Assembly: GCA_021613535.1 (NCBI GenBank)
Contig: CP075492.1
Span: 2,294,001-2,358,000 of the forward strand
Origin: Adineta vaga
Lineage: Eukaryota; Animalia; Rotifera
Length of the DNA stretch: 64,000 bases
Direction: 5' to 3'
Part shown: piece after piece, positions 26,963-39,719 of the stretch
How the letters are laid out: each line of letters begins with the position of its first letter
Position numbering within the stretch: the stretch's first letter is position 1
Notes under the pieces: model-generated
What the model was told of the DNA's origin: nothing
The model's input: the letters and a program-made list of their open reading frames with translations, nothing else
The model's database searches: none
Position numbers and translations under genes: made by a program

Positions 26963-29560
26963 ATTTGTAAACTGTTAGCAAGAAGACTTGATGATACTTT
27001 CGCTATCATTGAAAAAGATGCAAATATTGATAAAATCCTTGATATTTTAAATAGTTTTGATAATTGTATCGTATTTACATTTGAAGAAGAAGTCAATAAT
27101 TCTCTACCTTTTCTTGACATTCATATCACTAGATTATCTAACAATATCATTATTAATAATAAAACAAATACACCTATAGTTAATGTAAATCATCAACAAC
27201 GTGATGAATCAATACAAAATAATGGATCAAACGATAATTCATCAAATAAATTGAATAACACTTCGAATAATACTCTTAATCGTAATACATCTCATCACAA
27301 TCCAGCAAATAACGCATTTATTAACACATTTAGAAAACCAAAAGAAAAACGACGAACTAATTCGATTAATAAAACTAATATTAATTCAACAAATATTGAT
27401 ATTAATATATCTAATAATAATAAAACGAATACTTTTAAAAAGAATCAAACTAACCTTTCCAATATCGAATCATCACTTGATAATATACCAAATATTATTT
27501 CATCTAGTAATTCTAATAACATGTCAAATAATTCTCTTCATCGTAACATATATCATCATAATTCAAAAATCAACTCTTTTATTGACACAATCTTGAAATC
27601 TAAACAAAAATTACTTACTAATACAAGTAATAGAGCAAATAATGCTTCAACAATTAACAATAATATTAATAACAATAATATCATATCTGATATCAATTTA
27701 ACAGACAGCATATTATTGAATAATTCCAACAACAACTCAACTAACACATCTAATCCAAATCCCGTTACAAACTCGTTAGAAAATTCAAATAAAGAATCGG
27801 TTGGTAATACATTATTTGTAATAAATAATAATTCTCCAAACAATAAGAATAATACTTCAAATGATATAAATTTGATCAATTTGACATCAAAAATAGATAA
27901 TAATTCACATATCAATAATAAAAACATATCCAACATAGATTGTCCAAACACAACGACGATGATTAACATCAACAAGAAACCAACCAATAGATCCAATACT
28001 AAATTGTTTCAAAATTTAAGAATAGATTCTGATAAGAAATTAATTACTAAATGTTGTAATATAAATAACATGAATTTTGTTGATATTATAAACTCAAATT
28101 CAAACAATGTAAATCGAAATAGTTCCATCGTAAACTCTAACATTACTTCTACAGTTATTCCTGATAATAAAATAAATAATAGTCTTCTAATGAATCCAAA
28201 TAATATTGAATCGAATATTCCTGATCTATCAGTTTTGAGTAATATAAATACCATTCAATTAACCATTAATACTAATAATAATCAATCACGTGAATATACA
28301 AATGTTAATATAGATTGTAGCTCTTCTAATGTATTGTACAATAAATCAGTAAAATTTTCTATTATCAATTCAATTGATAATTTTCAGATGAATAATTCTA
28401 ATAACACATCAATTTTTGAAAAAGTTGAATCGTTGAGTGAAATAATTAAAGTTCCTAATAATACACTACCTTCATGTTCAGCCAATAATTCAATCTATAA
28501 TTTGACAACAATTAATACACATAATATAAATACATTGAATTTCACGAATTCTTTCTCAACGACGATCTATAGAAAACCAACATATTCAGGTTTAATTACA
28601 AAATGGAAATCATATGTTCCTCACTCTTATAAAGTCAGTACCATAAGTAGTATGGTATACAGAGCCATCAGAATTTGTTCTTCATATCAAGCAATGCATG
28701 ATGAATTTGAATTCATAGAGTTTGTAGGTAAACAGAATGGATATCCAATAGGTTTCATAAGATCTCAAATTCGTAAGACGTTCAACAGATATTACGATAA
28801 AACCAATGCAACACAAGCAAATCAATCAAAAAAAGAAGAAAGAGAGAATTTTTTAGATAATTTATCTAATAAAAGACACATTTTTCTTGATTTACCTTTT
28901 GTCGGAAAACCAACGAATATCTTCAAAAAACAAATTACTAGAATAGTAAAAACCATAGATCCTAAAATTAATCTTCAACCTATCCAGAGACCACCTGCAA
29001 CTTTATCACAATACTTTCCTATAAAAGATCAGATACCAAAATTGCTTAAATCGAGGGTTGTATATAAAATTGATTGTACAGATTGTAATGCTACTTACAT
29101 AGGTAAAACAATTCGACATGTTAATAAGAGACTTCTTGAACATGGAGCAGAATTTAATGAAGTAGTTGAAACCAATAGTAATTCGATAACAACAATAGAC
29201 ATATCACCGACACTACGACGATCAAAAAGAAATATAAATAAAACTGTAAATTATTTTCCTAAATTACCTAACATAGAACCTAATCTTGAACAGCTTAAAA
29301 TATCTCAGTCATCTGTCAAACAACATGAAATTAACTATCAACATAGAATAAATTGGAATAATTTTGATTTAATTGCGAGAGATAATAAAAACTATCAATT
29401 ACTAATTAAGGAATCATTGTTAATTAATATTCTAAAACCAGCCTTAAATAGAACCACTACATCAGCACCTCTAATAATTTATCCAGAAGGATTAAAATCT
29501 TATAAACCTAAAGTCAAGATTAAATCGACGGGTGATTCATCGTCAGTGGATGGATCTTAG
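26963..29560 (+). pseudogene. C-terminal part of Penelope RT plus GIY-YIG endonuclease, with a ~470-aa Asn-rich insert
   Basis: Frame is open from 26963: RRLDDTFAII...FTFEEEVNNSLPFLDIHITR, then an N-rich tract, then FSTTIYRKPTYSG (thumb), NGYP, VVYKIDCTDCNATYIGKT...RLLEH, KESLLI...PALNR. RT motifs upstream of DD are missing. Confidence 0.9.
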
Positions 29561-29761
29561 ATGTGTGTTAAACACGTTTTAGAATTCATCTTTGACGATG
29601 ATAGCTTTAGAATTTTTCTTTTTCTCAGTTACAACGTGGTAAGTCTACCTTTCCTTCGTCTTTTCTTTCGTTTCTGTCGTCTTCTGTTCTCTTCACATCA
29701 TTTCTCTCTGTCTCTTCTCACATATATCAAATTCTTTCTACATGCTTTATATCTACATATT

Positions 29762-29798
29762 TGTCTTGATAATGAGGAGTTCTCCTCGAAACGTCGAC
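29762..29798 (+). ncRNA. Minimal type I hammerhead ribozyme (U3-A8 core variant) in the pLTR
   Basis: tgtc-TTGATAA-t-gaggag-tt-ctcctc-GAAAC-GTC-gaca: stem I tgtc/gaca, stem II gaggag/ctcctc, palindromic ACGT stem III, GUC cleavage triplet. Confidence 0.75.
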
Positions 29799-30830
29799 AT
29801 TTTTTCATATTGTTCTATATATTAATTTATTTATTTATCAATAAATTATTGTATATCAAATAAACTATTATTTGATTTTTTTTTCTCATTGATATTTACA
29901 TCAATGTTGATGAAATTTAAAGCTGCTGTTAAAGCTATTCAAAATGACTCATATATTTGTATAATAGATCAAATAGCTGTGCAGCAGATTGAGTAGCTAT
30001 AGCAAGTTGAGATAGCTGTAAGATCTTTAGATTACTGATGAATGACTTAAATAGCTGTGTGTAAGTTGCAAAGCGAAAAGAAAACAGAAGTGCAATCGTA
30101 TCCAACTGATCATTTTTTGTCAATTTAATTATAAAAAACAAATTTTATCTCCTTGAGAATGAGCCTAGATTGCAAAATAACTCATCTCAAACCGCATATC
30201 CCGCTTCAAAATACACATTTCACAGGAAAGCACGCAACGAATCGAGCCAAGATGATACACAGATAAATGCGGCAAAACAAACTTTCCCTATTAAATTACT
30301 TGTATATTATCCTCATTCATACCACAAATAGTTGTCCATAGAAAACTATTCAATGCGCGTCCAGTTTGATTTTACTCTGCGCATTGAAAAATCACTTTTT
30401 ATATCCAACAAACCCCAGATAGTCACACATACAAAAGCCTACTGGCATCTCTTCCACCCATATAAATCCATTTTTCTACAGGATCCGATAGGTGAAATAT
30501 ACAATGACCATATATATATATGGATTTTAAAATACAAGTTTCATTCTCCAGCATGTTCTATATGTGGAACATTTAACCACCAAAACTATGAATTTAAGAT
30601 CTGCAAGAAATCCGACAGAAATCCAGTTGGAATACAACAGTTGGTAATATTATCGGTTCCGACAACCAGATATCATAAGAAACGATAAAATCCTCGCCAG
30701 TCGGATTTTGTCGGTTCTCATCGGATCCGTCATCGGATTTATTGACCTGGGAATGCACATTTACATATATAACACTGCTAACATTCATGTAAACAGTGTA
30801 TACAAGTGATATAGCAAGTTGAAGAAATTT

Positions 30831-30941
30831 TATTTACTTTATAAAAGTAAATAATAAACAAATTAGTTACTTTACAAAAGTAAATAGTAAATAACCTATT
30901 TACCTATTTACTGGTAAAGTAAAAGTAAAGTGCCACCCCTA
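30831..30941 (+). mobile_element. Probable hAT-like element end
   Basis: Clustered AAAGTAAA/TTTACTTT repeats ending in GTGCCACCCCTA (reverse complement TAGGGGTGGCAC). Partner end not identified. Confidence 0.4.
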
Positions 30942-31368
30942 CTATCGACACGAAAGAAGAAAAATATATTTCTTAATATTAAATAAAAGCCATATGAATA
31001 TAGAGTAGGTCATGATTCATAGGTGGTTCATGCATGTATTGTGCGCTAATCTATATATAGAAACACAAAAAAGAAAAGAGAACTATTTTTTTTCTCTTCT
31101 TCTACGCATTTGACTTGTTTTTTTCTAACGTACAGAACGCAAAACGGAGAAAAAAACAACGCCAATTTACTCCGTCAAAGGCTACAAGAAAAAGATCGTG
31201 GTTATATTGGTCTTCTCTGTCACATACATATTATTTTTATTTTCATTACTCGATTTTATATATGACAAGCCATCAAGACTTGGAATTTCGGAACTAAATT
31301 GTATTGAAGATTGATGAACAATTGCGTCACGTATACTTTTTACATTTAAAATCTATTTAGAATTTAAC

Positions 31369-32742
31369 ATGTCAATATTTCAACCAAAAGAAGATTTTAA
31401 ATCATTATTTAAACCAAATTTATTTTCATCTATTGATGGTTTAAGAGCATTAGCAAGTTTATCTATAATCTATGTTCATATTTGTCAATTATTTGTTTTA
31501 TTTATCCCAATGTATCCAGCTAAAGAATGGTTTAATTATTTTTATTCAAATTCATTTTTATTCTCTATGATATTTGTCAATAGCTTGGAAATATTCTTTG
31601 TTATAAGTGGATTTTTATTAACATATTCTATATTAACAAATAAGAATAATAATGAAAATAATTTTTTTATTTTTATTTTAAAACGTTTATTACGTTATTA
31701 TCCTGGTTTAATATTAATGTTTCTATACATGTATTTATTTGGTGATTTAGAATTATCTTATTTAAAAAATTTCAAATCTACTGTTTCAAACTATTTGGTT
31801 CATCTATTATTCGTAGTAAATTATGTTAGATTTGATTCTTCATGGTTTTATTCATTACGTAATAATTGGTCAAATTGTGTTGATTTTCATGTATATATTA
31901 TGCTAACTTTCATACTTCGACTATTATGGATTAAATATAAATTAACATTAAAACAAATCATGAAAATTCTAATATGTTTATTAGTGTTATCTGTTATTAT
32001 CTGTTATTATTCGTTTGATTCATCAATAGAAATAATGAAAATTGGTACAAGATCACATCCATTTTATCAAACAAATTATAAACAATCGAAAGCATTATTT
32101 GATTTTTATAACTTAACATTTCCGATTAATAAATCGGAATTTATTGATCATTACAAATTATCGAATCTTGTTAAATTTTATGCACCAACACACGTACGTT
32201 ATGGTAGTTTTATTAGTGGTTCAATTCTAGCTACTAAATTATTAATTAATAAAGAAGAAAATTTTATTAATGAAAATAGAATTAGAAAATATTTTTATTG
32301 GATTTTATCTTTATTTTTATTTGTAATAATTAGTTTACGTCCAAATATGAATCAATCAGATCCACCAATAATTTTAATTTGTTCAATAAGACAATTAATA
32401 TCAATTGCTATTGCTTATATTTTATATACAACATTAGTAGATAAAAAATCTATTTATTATAATAAATATTTAAATACAATATTATCATCAAAAATTTTCA
32501 TACCAATATCAAAATCAAGTTATTTAGTTTATTTAATTCATTTACGTCTTATAACTGATTTAATTAATAATGAGCCATTAAGAAGAACGAAAAAATATCA
32601 TATTGATATAGCATCACCTATTTGTTTTCCATTTATATTGATTATATCACAAATAATAGCTGTTTGTTGGTATTGTCTTGTTGAACAACCATTCTTTCGA
32701 TTAACAAATAGATTACTCATAATATCAAAGAAAAATAAATAA
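31369..32742 (+). CDS. Acyltransferase family 3 (OafA/NRF-6-like) multi-pass membrane protein, intronless
   Basis: IDGLRALA, FFVISGFLL, RLLRYYP, SYLVYLIH and LVEQPF motifs; about 10 hydrophobic segments. Confidence 0.9.
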   Translation: MSIFQPKEDFKSLFKPNLFSSIDGLRALASLSIIYVHICQLFVLFIPMYPAKEWFNYFYSNSFLFSMIFVNSLEIFFVISGFLLTYSILTNKNNNENNFFIFILKRLLRYYPGLILMFLYMYLFGDLELSYLKNFKSTVSNYLVHLLFVVNYVRFDSSWFYSLRNNWSNCVDFHVYIMLTFILRLLWIKYKLTLKQIMKILICLLVLSVIICYYSFDSSIEIMKIGTRSHPFYQTNYKQSKALFDFYNLTFPINKSEFIDHYKLSNLVKFYAPTHVRYGSFISGSILATKLLINKEENFINENRIRKYFYWILSLFLFVIISLRPNMNQSDPPIILICSIRQLISIAIAYILYTTLVDKKSIYYNKYLNTILSSKIFIPISKSSYLVYLIHLRLITDLINNEPLRRTKKYHIDIASPICFPFILIISQIIAVCWYCLVEQPFFRLTNRLLIISKKNK

Positions 32743-33925
32743 TAACAATATCTTTTCTTTTGTTTCCATTAATTATTTACAATAAAAAAAGAATACATAC
32801 CCATGCTTTCTCTTGCCGAAATTTTAGTCATTTTATTGAGTTTTCGATCATAGGCAATGAATTTGATCATGAAGAAGTAGAGCAGGGTGGGTGACGGTGT
32901 AGGTGAGAGTAACAGTGTAAATATTCTCTTAACTCCGACCCATACTCACCCACACCCACACCCACACCCACACCCTCAAGATTTGAAAACCATTTTTACG
33001 ACAAGACTTGTCTCGTTTGTTTCCGAGAGAGAAAAAGATTAATATGATTTTTCATCGAGACTCAGTACAGATGGATTATTTAATATGAAGTTACTTGAAA
33101 CAGCAATTAAATAAAACAAAAATTAAAACTCTTAATGAACTGAAAAAAGACTTTTGCGGGAGTAGACAAAAATGAATCAAGTCTATATTGATAAAGTATT
33201 AGCGTTCTAGCCTACAAGAGTTTTTCGAATATATAAGGCTCGGGGCTTTCATGTAGAACATCATTTGAAATTGTAACTTGTGTTATTATTTTTTATACGA
33301 GACATAAAACGGTCAAAATCAAGGTGACCATGGTGTACGTATACTATATCATAACGATACCTTCATTAATTGATATTTTCTATGATTATTCTATATAAAT
33401 ATGGTTAAATTCCTGGATTTTCAAAATTTTCAAATGATCTAACATCACCAATTTTATTTTTGATAGTCATCTTTGTTAGTGTAAGATAAGAAAGTTAACA
33501 GTAACTTAGCTGTAGAATAAAAGATTTCAAGTGCTTCAAACCATTTTCTTTTTTCATCTATTTAGTTGATATAATGTAAAAGTAACACAAGCAGGTAGAG
33601 AAAATATAAGATTTTAACTGAGCTCAGCAAGTAAAAGTTGAAATATGCAGAGAAAAATATTTGCCTTTTTGAAACAACATAAATCAAGACATACACCTCT
33701 CTCTCTCTCTTCTATTAGCAGTAAGATATTAAGATAGACAGTCAGTTTTCAGTTGTGTCTTACTGACTAATATTATAAAAAACACTTAAAAAAACTTCCT
33801 ACGTTTCGAAAGATTGCTGATCTGACATAAATAAACAAATAAGATTTTTAGGTTTGATCAGAATTTTAGATTTAACTACATCGGATCAGATTAAATGTGT
33901 TATCCTGTCTACTTTTAAAAATATA

Positions 33926-34794
33926 ATGACTACGATGACATCAAATGCAACATCTTTTCAAGGTGCAATTGCTCTTATTACAGGCAGCAATAAGGTAAAA
34001 CTATGGTGTGGAGAAAATGTTGATAATTTTAAAAAAAACTATAATAGGGTATTGGATTCAGCACTGCTCGTCAACTTGGCGAACAAGGACTTACTGTTCT
34101 TATTGGAAGTCGAAATAAAACTCGAGGCGAAGAAGCCGCTCAAATGTTGCAAAATGAAAATATTCAAGCAAAATGGATTGAACTTGATGTAAGTAAACAA
34201 GAGACAATTGATAATGCGGCTCAACAAATATTGAATGACTATGGTCGGTTAGATATTTTGATCAATAATGCAGGAATTCGCCTAGAAGGTGAATCTCCAA
34301 GTCAAACTCTTATAAACAAAATGCGTGAGACATTTGAAATAAATTTTTTTGGTGCTTTTGCTGTTATGAAAGCATTCATTCCATTACTACAAGAATCCAA
34401 TAGAGCGCGAATTGTTAATGTATCAAGCCGGGCCGCTTCTTTTGGGAAGCCATTACTACCAGATCGTAATGCATTAGCTTATGCAACGTCCAAAACTGCT
34501 CTCAACATGATGACCTTTCAATTTGACAGAGAATTTCGCAATAAAAATTGGAATATTAAAATTAATAGTATTAGTCCAGGTAAGTGCTGCTAACTTATTT
34601 TTTTCTGAAACAACAGTAATTCTTGCTTGATGTTTTCATTGTTAGGATTAGCAAAAACCGACATGAATGATAACAACGAAAATTATCCTCTACCAAGCGA
34701 AGCTGCTCGAATTATCGTTCATTTTGCAACACTACCAGATGATGGTCCATCCGGAGCATTCTTCGATCGAGATAAAACTCAGATGCCTTGGTAA
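33926..34794 (+). CDS. Short-chain dehydrogenase/reductase, carbonyl-reductase-like (exons 33926-33994, 34048-34579, 34646-34794)
   Basis: ITGSNKGIG (across an intron), LINNAGI, IVNVSS, YATSK, SPGLAKTDMN, GPSGAFF...MPW*. Confidence 0.92.
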
Positions 34795-35903
34795 ACCTTT
34801 TGAAGAAAAAACTCTAAAAGAAAAATTAACTTCATCATTTTCTTCGTTTCTCTATTTACTTCTTTGCGCTTAACACCCATGTTAGTCGCACAGATTCGAT
34901 TACCATTCAATAAACCTTCTTATAAAAGAATCTCTTAGTTTCATTTTATTATATTTTCGAGCAATCAATGAATGTGTAGGTGTGGTTGTATGGTTATTTT
35001 CAGTCTTTATCGTCATCGAGCTCGTATGATGCTTGTCTTACAAGTTGGAAAAAGAATCTTCTTAATGTGAATTGTAGTTGAAAGGCATCAACAAAAGAAA
35101 AAAAAACTTTCTTGTTGGAAATTTCTTTTATATAGAGATGAGAAATTGTGAGACTTCTCTGAACTACGTCATTTGTATTACTAAGATTTATTTTGCTAAA
35201 ATCATAGTGATGAGTAAGCTGAATGACTGCTTTGTTTATGAATGTTAAGTTTAATAGAAAAAACGCGAATCTTAACAATGTATATTTACTTGTGCGTTTC
35301 CCAGTAAAAAATATTGGTGGAATTTTAATCGAATCTTTCTGCAAAAAAATCAAAATTCAAATCAAATTGATGATCGTGAGTATCAATCAACATTATGTGA
35401 CTATTGTATGATCATATCACTTATCCAATATAAAATACTCTAATTAAAATCTACCAATATTCATCAAATATGCCGAAAGTTGTGTTTTAGAAAAATCAGA
35501 ACATTGCTAAGGGTAAAAATTTAATTTTTCGAAACGTTGAGGAACAATAAAAGAATCTTTCGATATTTAATATTTTCTAACATTGACGATTAGAATAATC
35601 ACTAATAAGTTTTTCCTTTTTGATCCCGCTTCTCTGAGCTGCTCATCGTATACTGATGCAAAAATTTTTCTACTTCAAACTATTGCTCGAAATGTGAATT
35701 CAATTTCAATACAAAAATTTTCTGATTTTTATCTGAACTCTGTGGAAAACTGTTTCTAAATCTATTCTTCGCATATTTTTGGAGATTTTTATATGGAACT
35801 ATAAGATAGCTTATTTCTCAGGATGGTTCGAAAATCTATTAAAATTTAATATCTTAATTTAGTTTTTGTTGATTTAGATAGTGTTTTATTTCAACAATTG
35901 TCA

Positions 35904-36674
35904 ATGACTCGTCGTGTATTATCTTGCTGTAAGCGTGCATTGATTATTGGCAATAATGAATACGAAAATGGAGCTAAACTCTACTGCTCCAAAAACGACG
36001 CTACAGATATTTCTCGTACATTACGCGAAATTGGTTTCGAAACAACGCTGAAGATTAATTTGTCCGCAAAGGATATGGACCACGAAATTAATGCATTTGT
36101 AAATAAAATTAGACCGAACGATTTAGTTGTCTTCTTCTTTTCTGGACACGGTATGCACCATCAAGGCGAAACTTATCTTATTCCAATTGACAACGGAGAT
36201 ATGTTGAAAATCCTGAATTCTTTGAAACAAATGCTATTTCTGTACAGAGAACAGTAGAGTCTATGGTGGCTCGAGCACCATTCTGTGTTGTTTGCTTCTT
36301 AGATTGTTGTCGGAGTAATGTTGCTGACCAATTTACATCGGAAAGAAGACCATTCTATATTACGCATAACTTACGTACAGAAAACAGTCACCGAATGAAG
36401 AACGAGTGCGGTTCGCTTATTGTTTATGCTTGTGGACCGGATGAGAAAGCATTTGATCGATCTCCTAATAGACGTACTAGTCTTTTCACTTTCCATGTAC
36501 TTAAAAATATTACTAGATCAAATTTACACGTGGAAGAGATGCTGAAGGACGTGTGTGCAGGAGTACGAAAAGATAGTGGTGGAGAACTACGTGTGGATCG
36601 ACAAAGTTCTCTGGATAATTCACCTATCTATCTTAATGCTGTAGAACCGGATATGATTGAACAATCAATTAATG
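35904..36674 (+). pseudogene. Caspase-like peptidase C14 (bacterial-type meta/paracaspase) with a frameshift near 36196
   Basis: RALIIGNNEY, FFFSGHG (catalytic His), FLDCCR (catalytic Cys), SLFTFHVLK. The two halves are in different frames with no intron signal between them. Splice donor at 36675; 3' end uncertain. Confidence 0.82.
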
Positions 36675-36877
36675 GTGAGTATATATTAATAAAATTCTAT
36701 TCTTTCTCTCAAAAATATAATGAAAAGATTAAATAAAGTTAAGTGGATTAAATTAGATCCATATGTGTACTATCACTGATCACATCATTTTCTCTTGCAG
36801 AGAAATGTGATACAGTGAACATTGATCTAAGATTTTTTTGTTTTAGTTAGGAAGAGCAGCGAGTAATACAAGCACGA

Positions 36878-38482
36878 ATGGATGTGAGTATTTTCTTCGA
36901 ATGTAGGACAGTTACGGGTAGATATTTAATTATTGAACGAACTATTGACAACAAACGTGAATAAAACGATAAGAAAGTCAGTAAAAAAGCAAATTTATAT
37001 TAGATTAAAGAATGATTATTGCGAAAAATAAACTGACTTAATTTTTGTCTTATTTCTTTGATTTATAATTTTAATATAATAATAAGTTATTAAAGAAGTA
37101 TGAGGGGTTCCTGTGCTTTAATTACACTGACATCCTCAAGATTTTTTCCGGAGTAGGCTAATTTTCAGTCGTTCTGCTTAGAAACTTATTCATCAACTCA
37201 TTCGCAACCGTCGCCACCGCCTCCGCCGTATGCATCCATTGACTTCACACGACCAGAACACCAAAGAAATAGAATAGATATCGAACCACCTAGAAGACCT
37301 ACTCAACCATCTCGAGATGAAGATAATCATTGCTTAGCATGTTGGTCTAAAACAAACAATCGAATTATCATTTTTATATCGGCATGCATCGGCATAATCA
37401 TCTGTATAACTCTCACAGTGACTTTATCTCTTGTACTCACCAGAAAAAACAAAGATGAATCAACAATAACGGCTACGACAGCAACAACAACAACAACGAC
37501 AACGACAACAGCAACAACTACAACAGCACTTGAAAGTAAGCAAGTTTTTCAAGGATTAAGAAATGTCTTTTTAGAATTTTTAACGGAGTTAGGAGATATT
37601 TTCAGTCGTTATTTTGTTCCAAATGTATGCGAGAGAAAGGTATATGTGTACGTTTGTCGGTATAAGTATTTTCCTAGTATCAAATCCTCACTCTCATGAT
37701 GTTTGCTTTCTTCTTTATCAGTATCTCAATTAGATCGATATTATGAATGCTGAAATTCTGCATTGCACAATATTGAATTCTTTTTTATTCCAAAATAGAA
37801 TGCTTCGATGGGAATTCGTTCGCAATCAGAGCAGATGGTTCATGGATACGTATTCGTGATTTAAAAATAGGTGACCCTGTACTAGTAACTCAAGAGCTCT
37901 CCTGTGGCAGAATCATTGTTCGAATAAGTCCCATTCTCGCTGTGGATGTCTTTCAGACGCACAATCCTGATTTTCCTGTAGATTATTTGGAAATTTTTGT
38001 AAAATCGAATCTCACCATGGAGCCATTGCGCATCACTCCACATCATTCCTTGCTTGTCAAAAAGCAACATTATAATCGACCACGTTATATATTTGCCTCT
38101 CAAGTGAATGTCGGTGATACCCTCTTTTTTGTGGTGAAGAATGGCTTCTTCTACAGCGAAATTAAAATCAATGCTTTTAAAAAAGATTAAATTGATCGAT
38201 GCATATGCACCATTTATATTCGAAGGCAATTTGATTGTTAATGGAATGATTGTCTCTTGTTATGGAACATTGCCTCACTTACTGGTGCATCAACTCATGG
38301 CTCCTCGTCGATGGCTACTTTATTACTCACTTCAAATAGCTTTTACTGCTATAGAGCATGACTATCTCAAAGAAGAATACGATACAATTGAAAACTTTAT
38401 ATTCCATATTGACTTTTTCAAAATGTCAGTACGTGAAAAGTTTCAAGTTTTTACTGATTTACTTACGAATATATATTTATAA
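36878..38482 (+). CDS. Type II membrane protein with C-terminal Hog (Hint + SRR) domain; frameshift at ~38180
   Basis: Exons ~36878-36883, 37169-37534 and 37799-38482. PPPPPY, a TM segment, a Thr-rich stalk, then K|CFDG...IRDLKIGDPVL...LRITPHHSL...ASQVNVGD...YAPFIFEGNLIVNGMIVSCY...HQLMAPRR. Confidence 0.8.
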
Positions 38483-39026
38483 TGAATGTAACTGATTTTT
38501 AATTTCTCATAATTATACATTTATTGTACAGATGAACTTGTGCTTGTCGATCGTCGCCGTAATAGACAACCTTTTAAGAAGCGACAGAAGGCTTCTTGAT
38601 CTACGATAGGCGAAGCATAGCTATTTTTCAATCGCCTCACGAAACTATGTAGCACTCTTATCTTTAGAGGATCATATCATTCGCGATACAACAATCAATG
38701 AAAACTATTATTCCTTATCCATTAATAATACAGTTTCGACTTATAGATTTGATATGAAAAGAGTAAATATTTATTTCCTTAAAATCTTTTCCAACCGTAT
38801 TCTGAGTCATCGCAGTCTTTTTCTTCATTTGACAGTCATCAGCATACGTCATTACTTGGAAAAATGTTCTCTTCTGTTTTCATAATGCAATAAGAAAAAC
38901 AAATAAAAAGCAATACTTTCTTCTTACACAATCACGTAGAATGCAATAGAAGCTTTTTTTGACATATTCAGTCAGTCAAATAGCTACTGGGCAAAAAAAT
39001 TTTATTTTAAAATTTTCTCCACAACG

Positions 39027-39719
39027 ATGTCATTAATACCGATTTAATTTCAACTAAACGATCAACAACCAGTTCCATTAAAGTTATCTCCAACATGCAC
39101 TCTGACTGATTTCACAGTAATCATTCAGAATGTTTTCAAAGAAAAGTATTGGATGTATTCGTTTATCTGTCATGGAAGAATGTTTGACTTGCAAAGTGAA
39201 CGAGAATTTCATGAAATGAAACGATTGATCACACCAAAAACAACATTATTTGCAATTGCGCGCACTAAAGGTGGTGGTGGGATGGGTGCGGATGGATCAG
39301 AGTTTGTTAATGTTCATAACAGTAGTTTTTTAAAAAGACTTGAATGGAGTCATCAAGCGCCTGTCTGGAGAATAGCTCGACCAGGTCTCTGTCTTGAAGG
39401 CTGTTGTAAAAATGAAAAGTGTACAGCATATGATCGCCTGGTGATTATCAATATTGGACTCGTGAAATTTACTCTGAATACCGAGAAGAAAACATTATCT
39501 AAATGTCCTCAATGTCAAAACTATGTGAATCCAATAACATGTGCTTTTAATCGATGTCAGTGGAGATACAAAGGACAATATGAATAGGAGGAAAATTATG
39601 AGCCTTCCGTTGTTGAAAGTAACTGGAAAATAGCTAATGATGCTTATCATCGTTTTGATTCGGATACGGAAAAGCGAGTGAACTGGCTACAATTAGTTCT
39701 TGAAGCACGAGCAAAATGA
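39027..39719 (+). pseudogene. Ubiquitin-like (ends KGG) plus Cys-rich domain gene with two in-frame stops (TAA 39045, TAG 39585)
   Basis: One frame from ATG 39027 to TGA 39719. Motifs ARTKGG, APVWRIARPGLCLEGCCKN..C and CPQC..YVNPITCAFNRCQWRYKG; coding-like sequence continues after the TAG. Confidence 0.7.

Larger units (their letters stand above)
26534..29942 (+). mobile_element. Penelope-like retroelement (GIY-YIG type), 5'-truncated, with inverted pLTR copy at the 5' end
   Basis: 182-bp inverted repeat, 26534-26715 vs 29761-29942. RT/thumb/GIY-YIG ORF lies between. 13-bp direct repeat AATGACTCATATA at 26485 and 29943. Confidence 0.92.

Noticed and set aside
27556-28254. Hydrophobic antisense ORFs over the Penelope insert as membrane proteins
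   Set aside because: They are the expected shadow of AAT/AAC-rich codons on the opposite strand.
30414-30751. CCCAG...CTGGG non-autonomous element with CCGA/TCGG repeats
   Set aside because: Only 5 bp of terminal match and no clear TSD; plausible but not supportable from this window.
10283-30941. One giant hAT element from CAGGGGTGTCAG (10283) to GTGCCACCCCTA (30941) enclosing the MULE and Penelope
   Set aside because: The TIRs match only partly, the subterminal repeats differ and the 8-bp flanks (TACCATTG vs CTATCGAC) are not a TSD.
39027-39719. Ciliate genetic code (TAA/TAG = Gln) explaining the in-frame stops
   Set aside because: Neighbouring genes end in TAA/TAG and most Gln codons here are CAA/CAG; single-base nonsense mutation is simpler.
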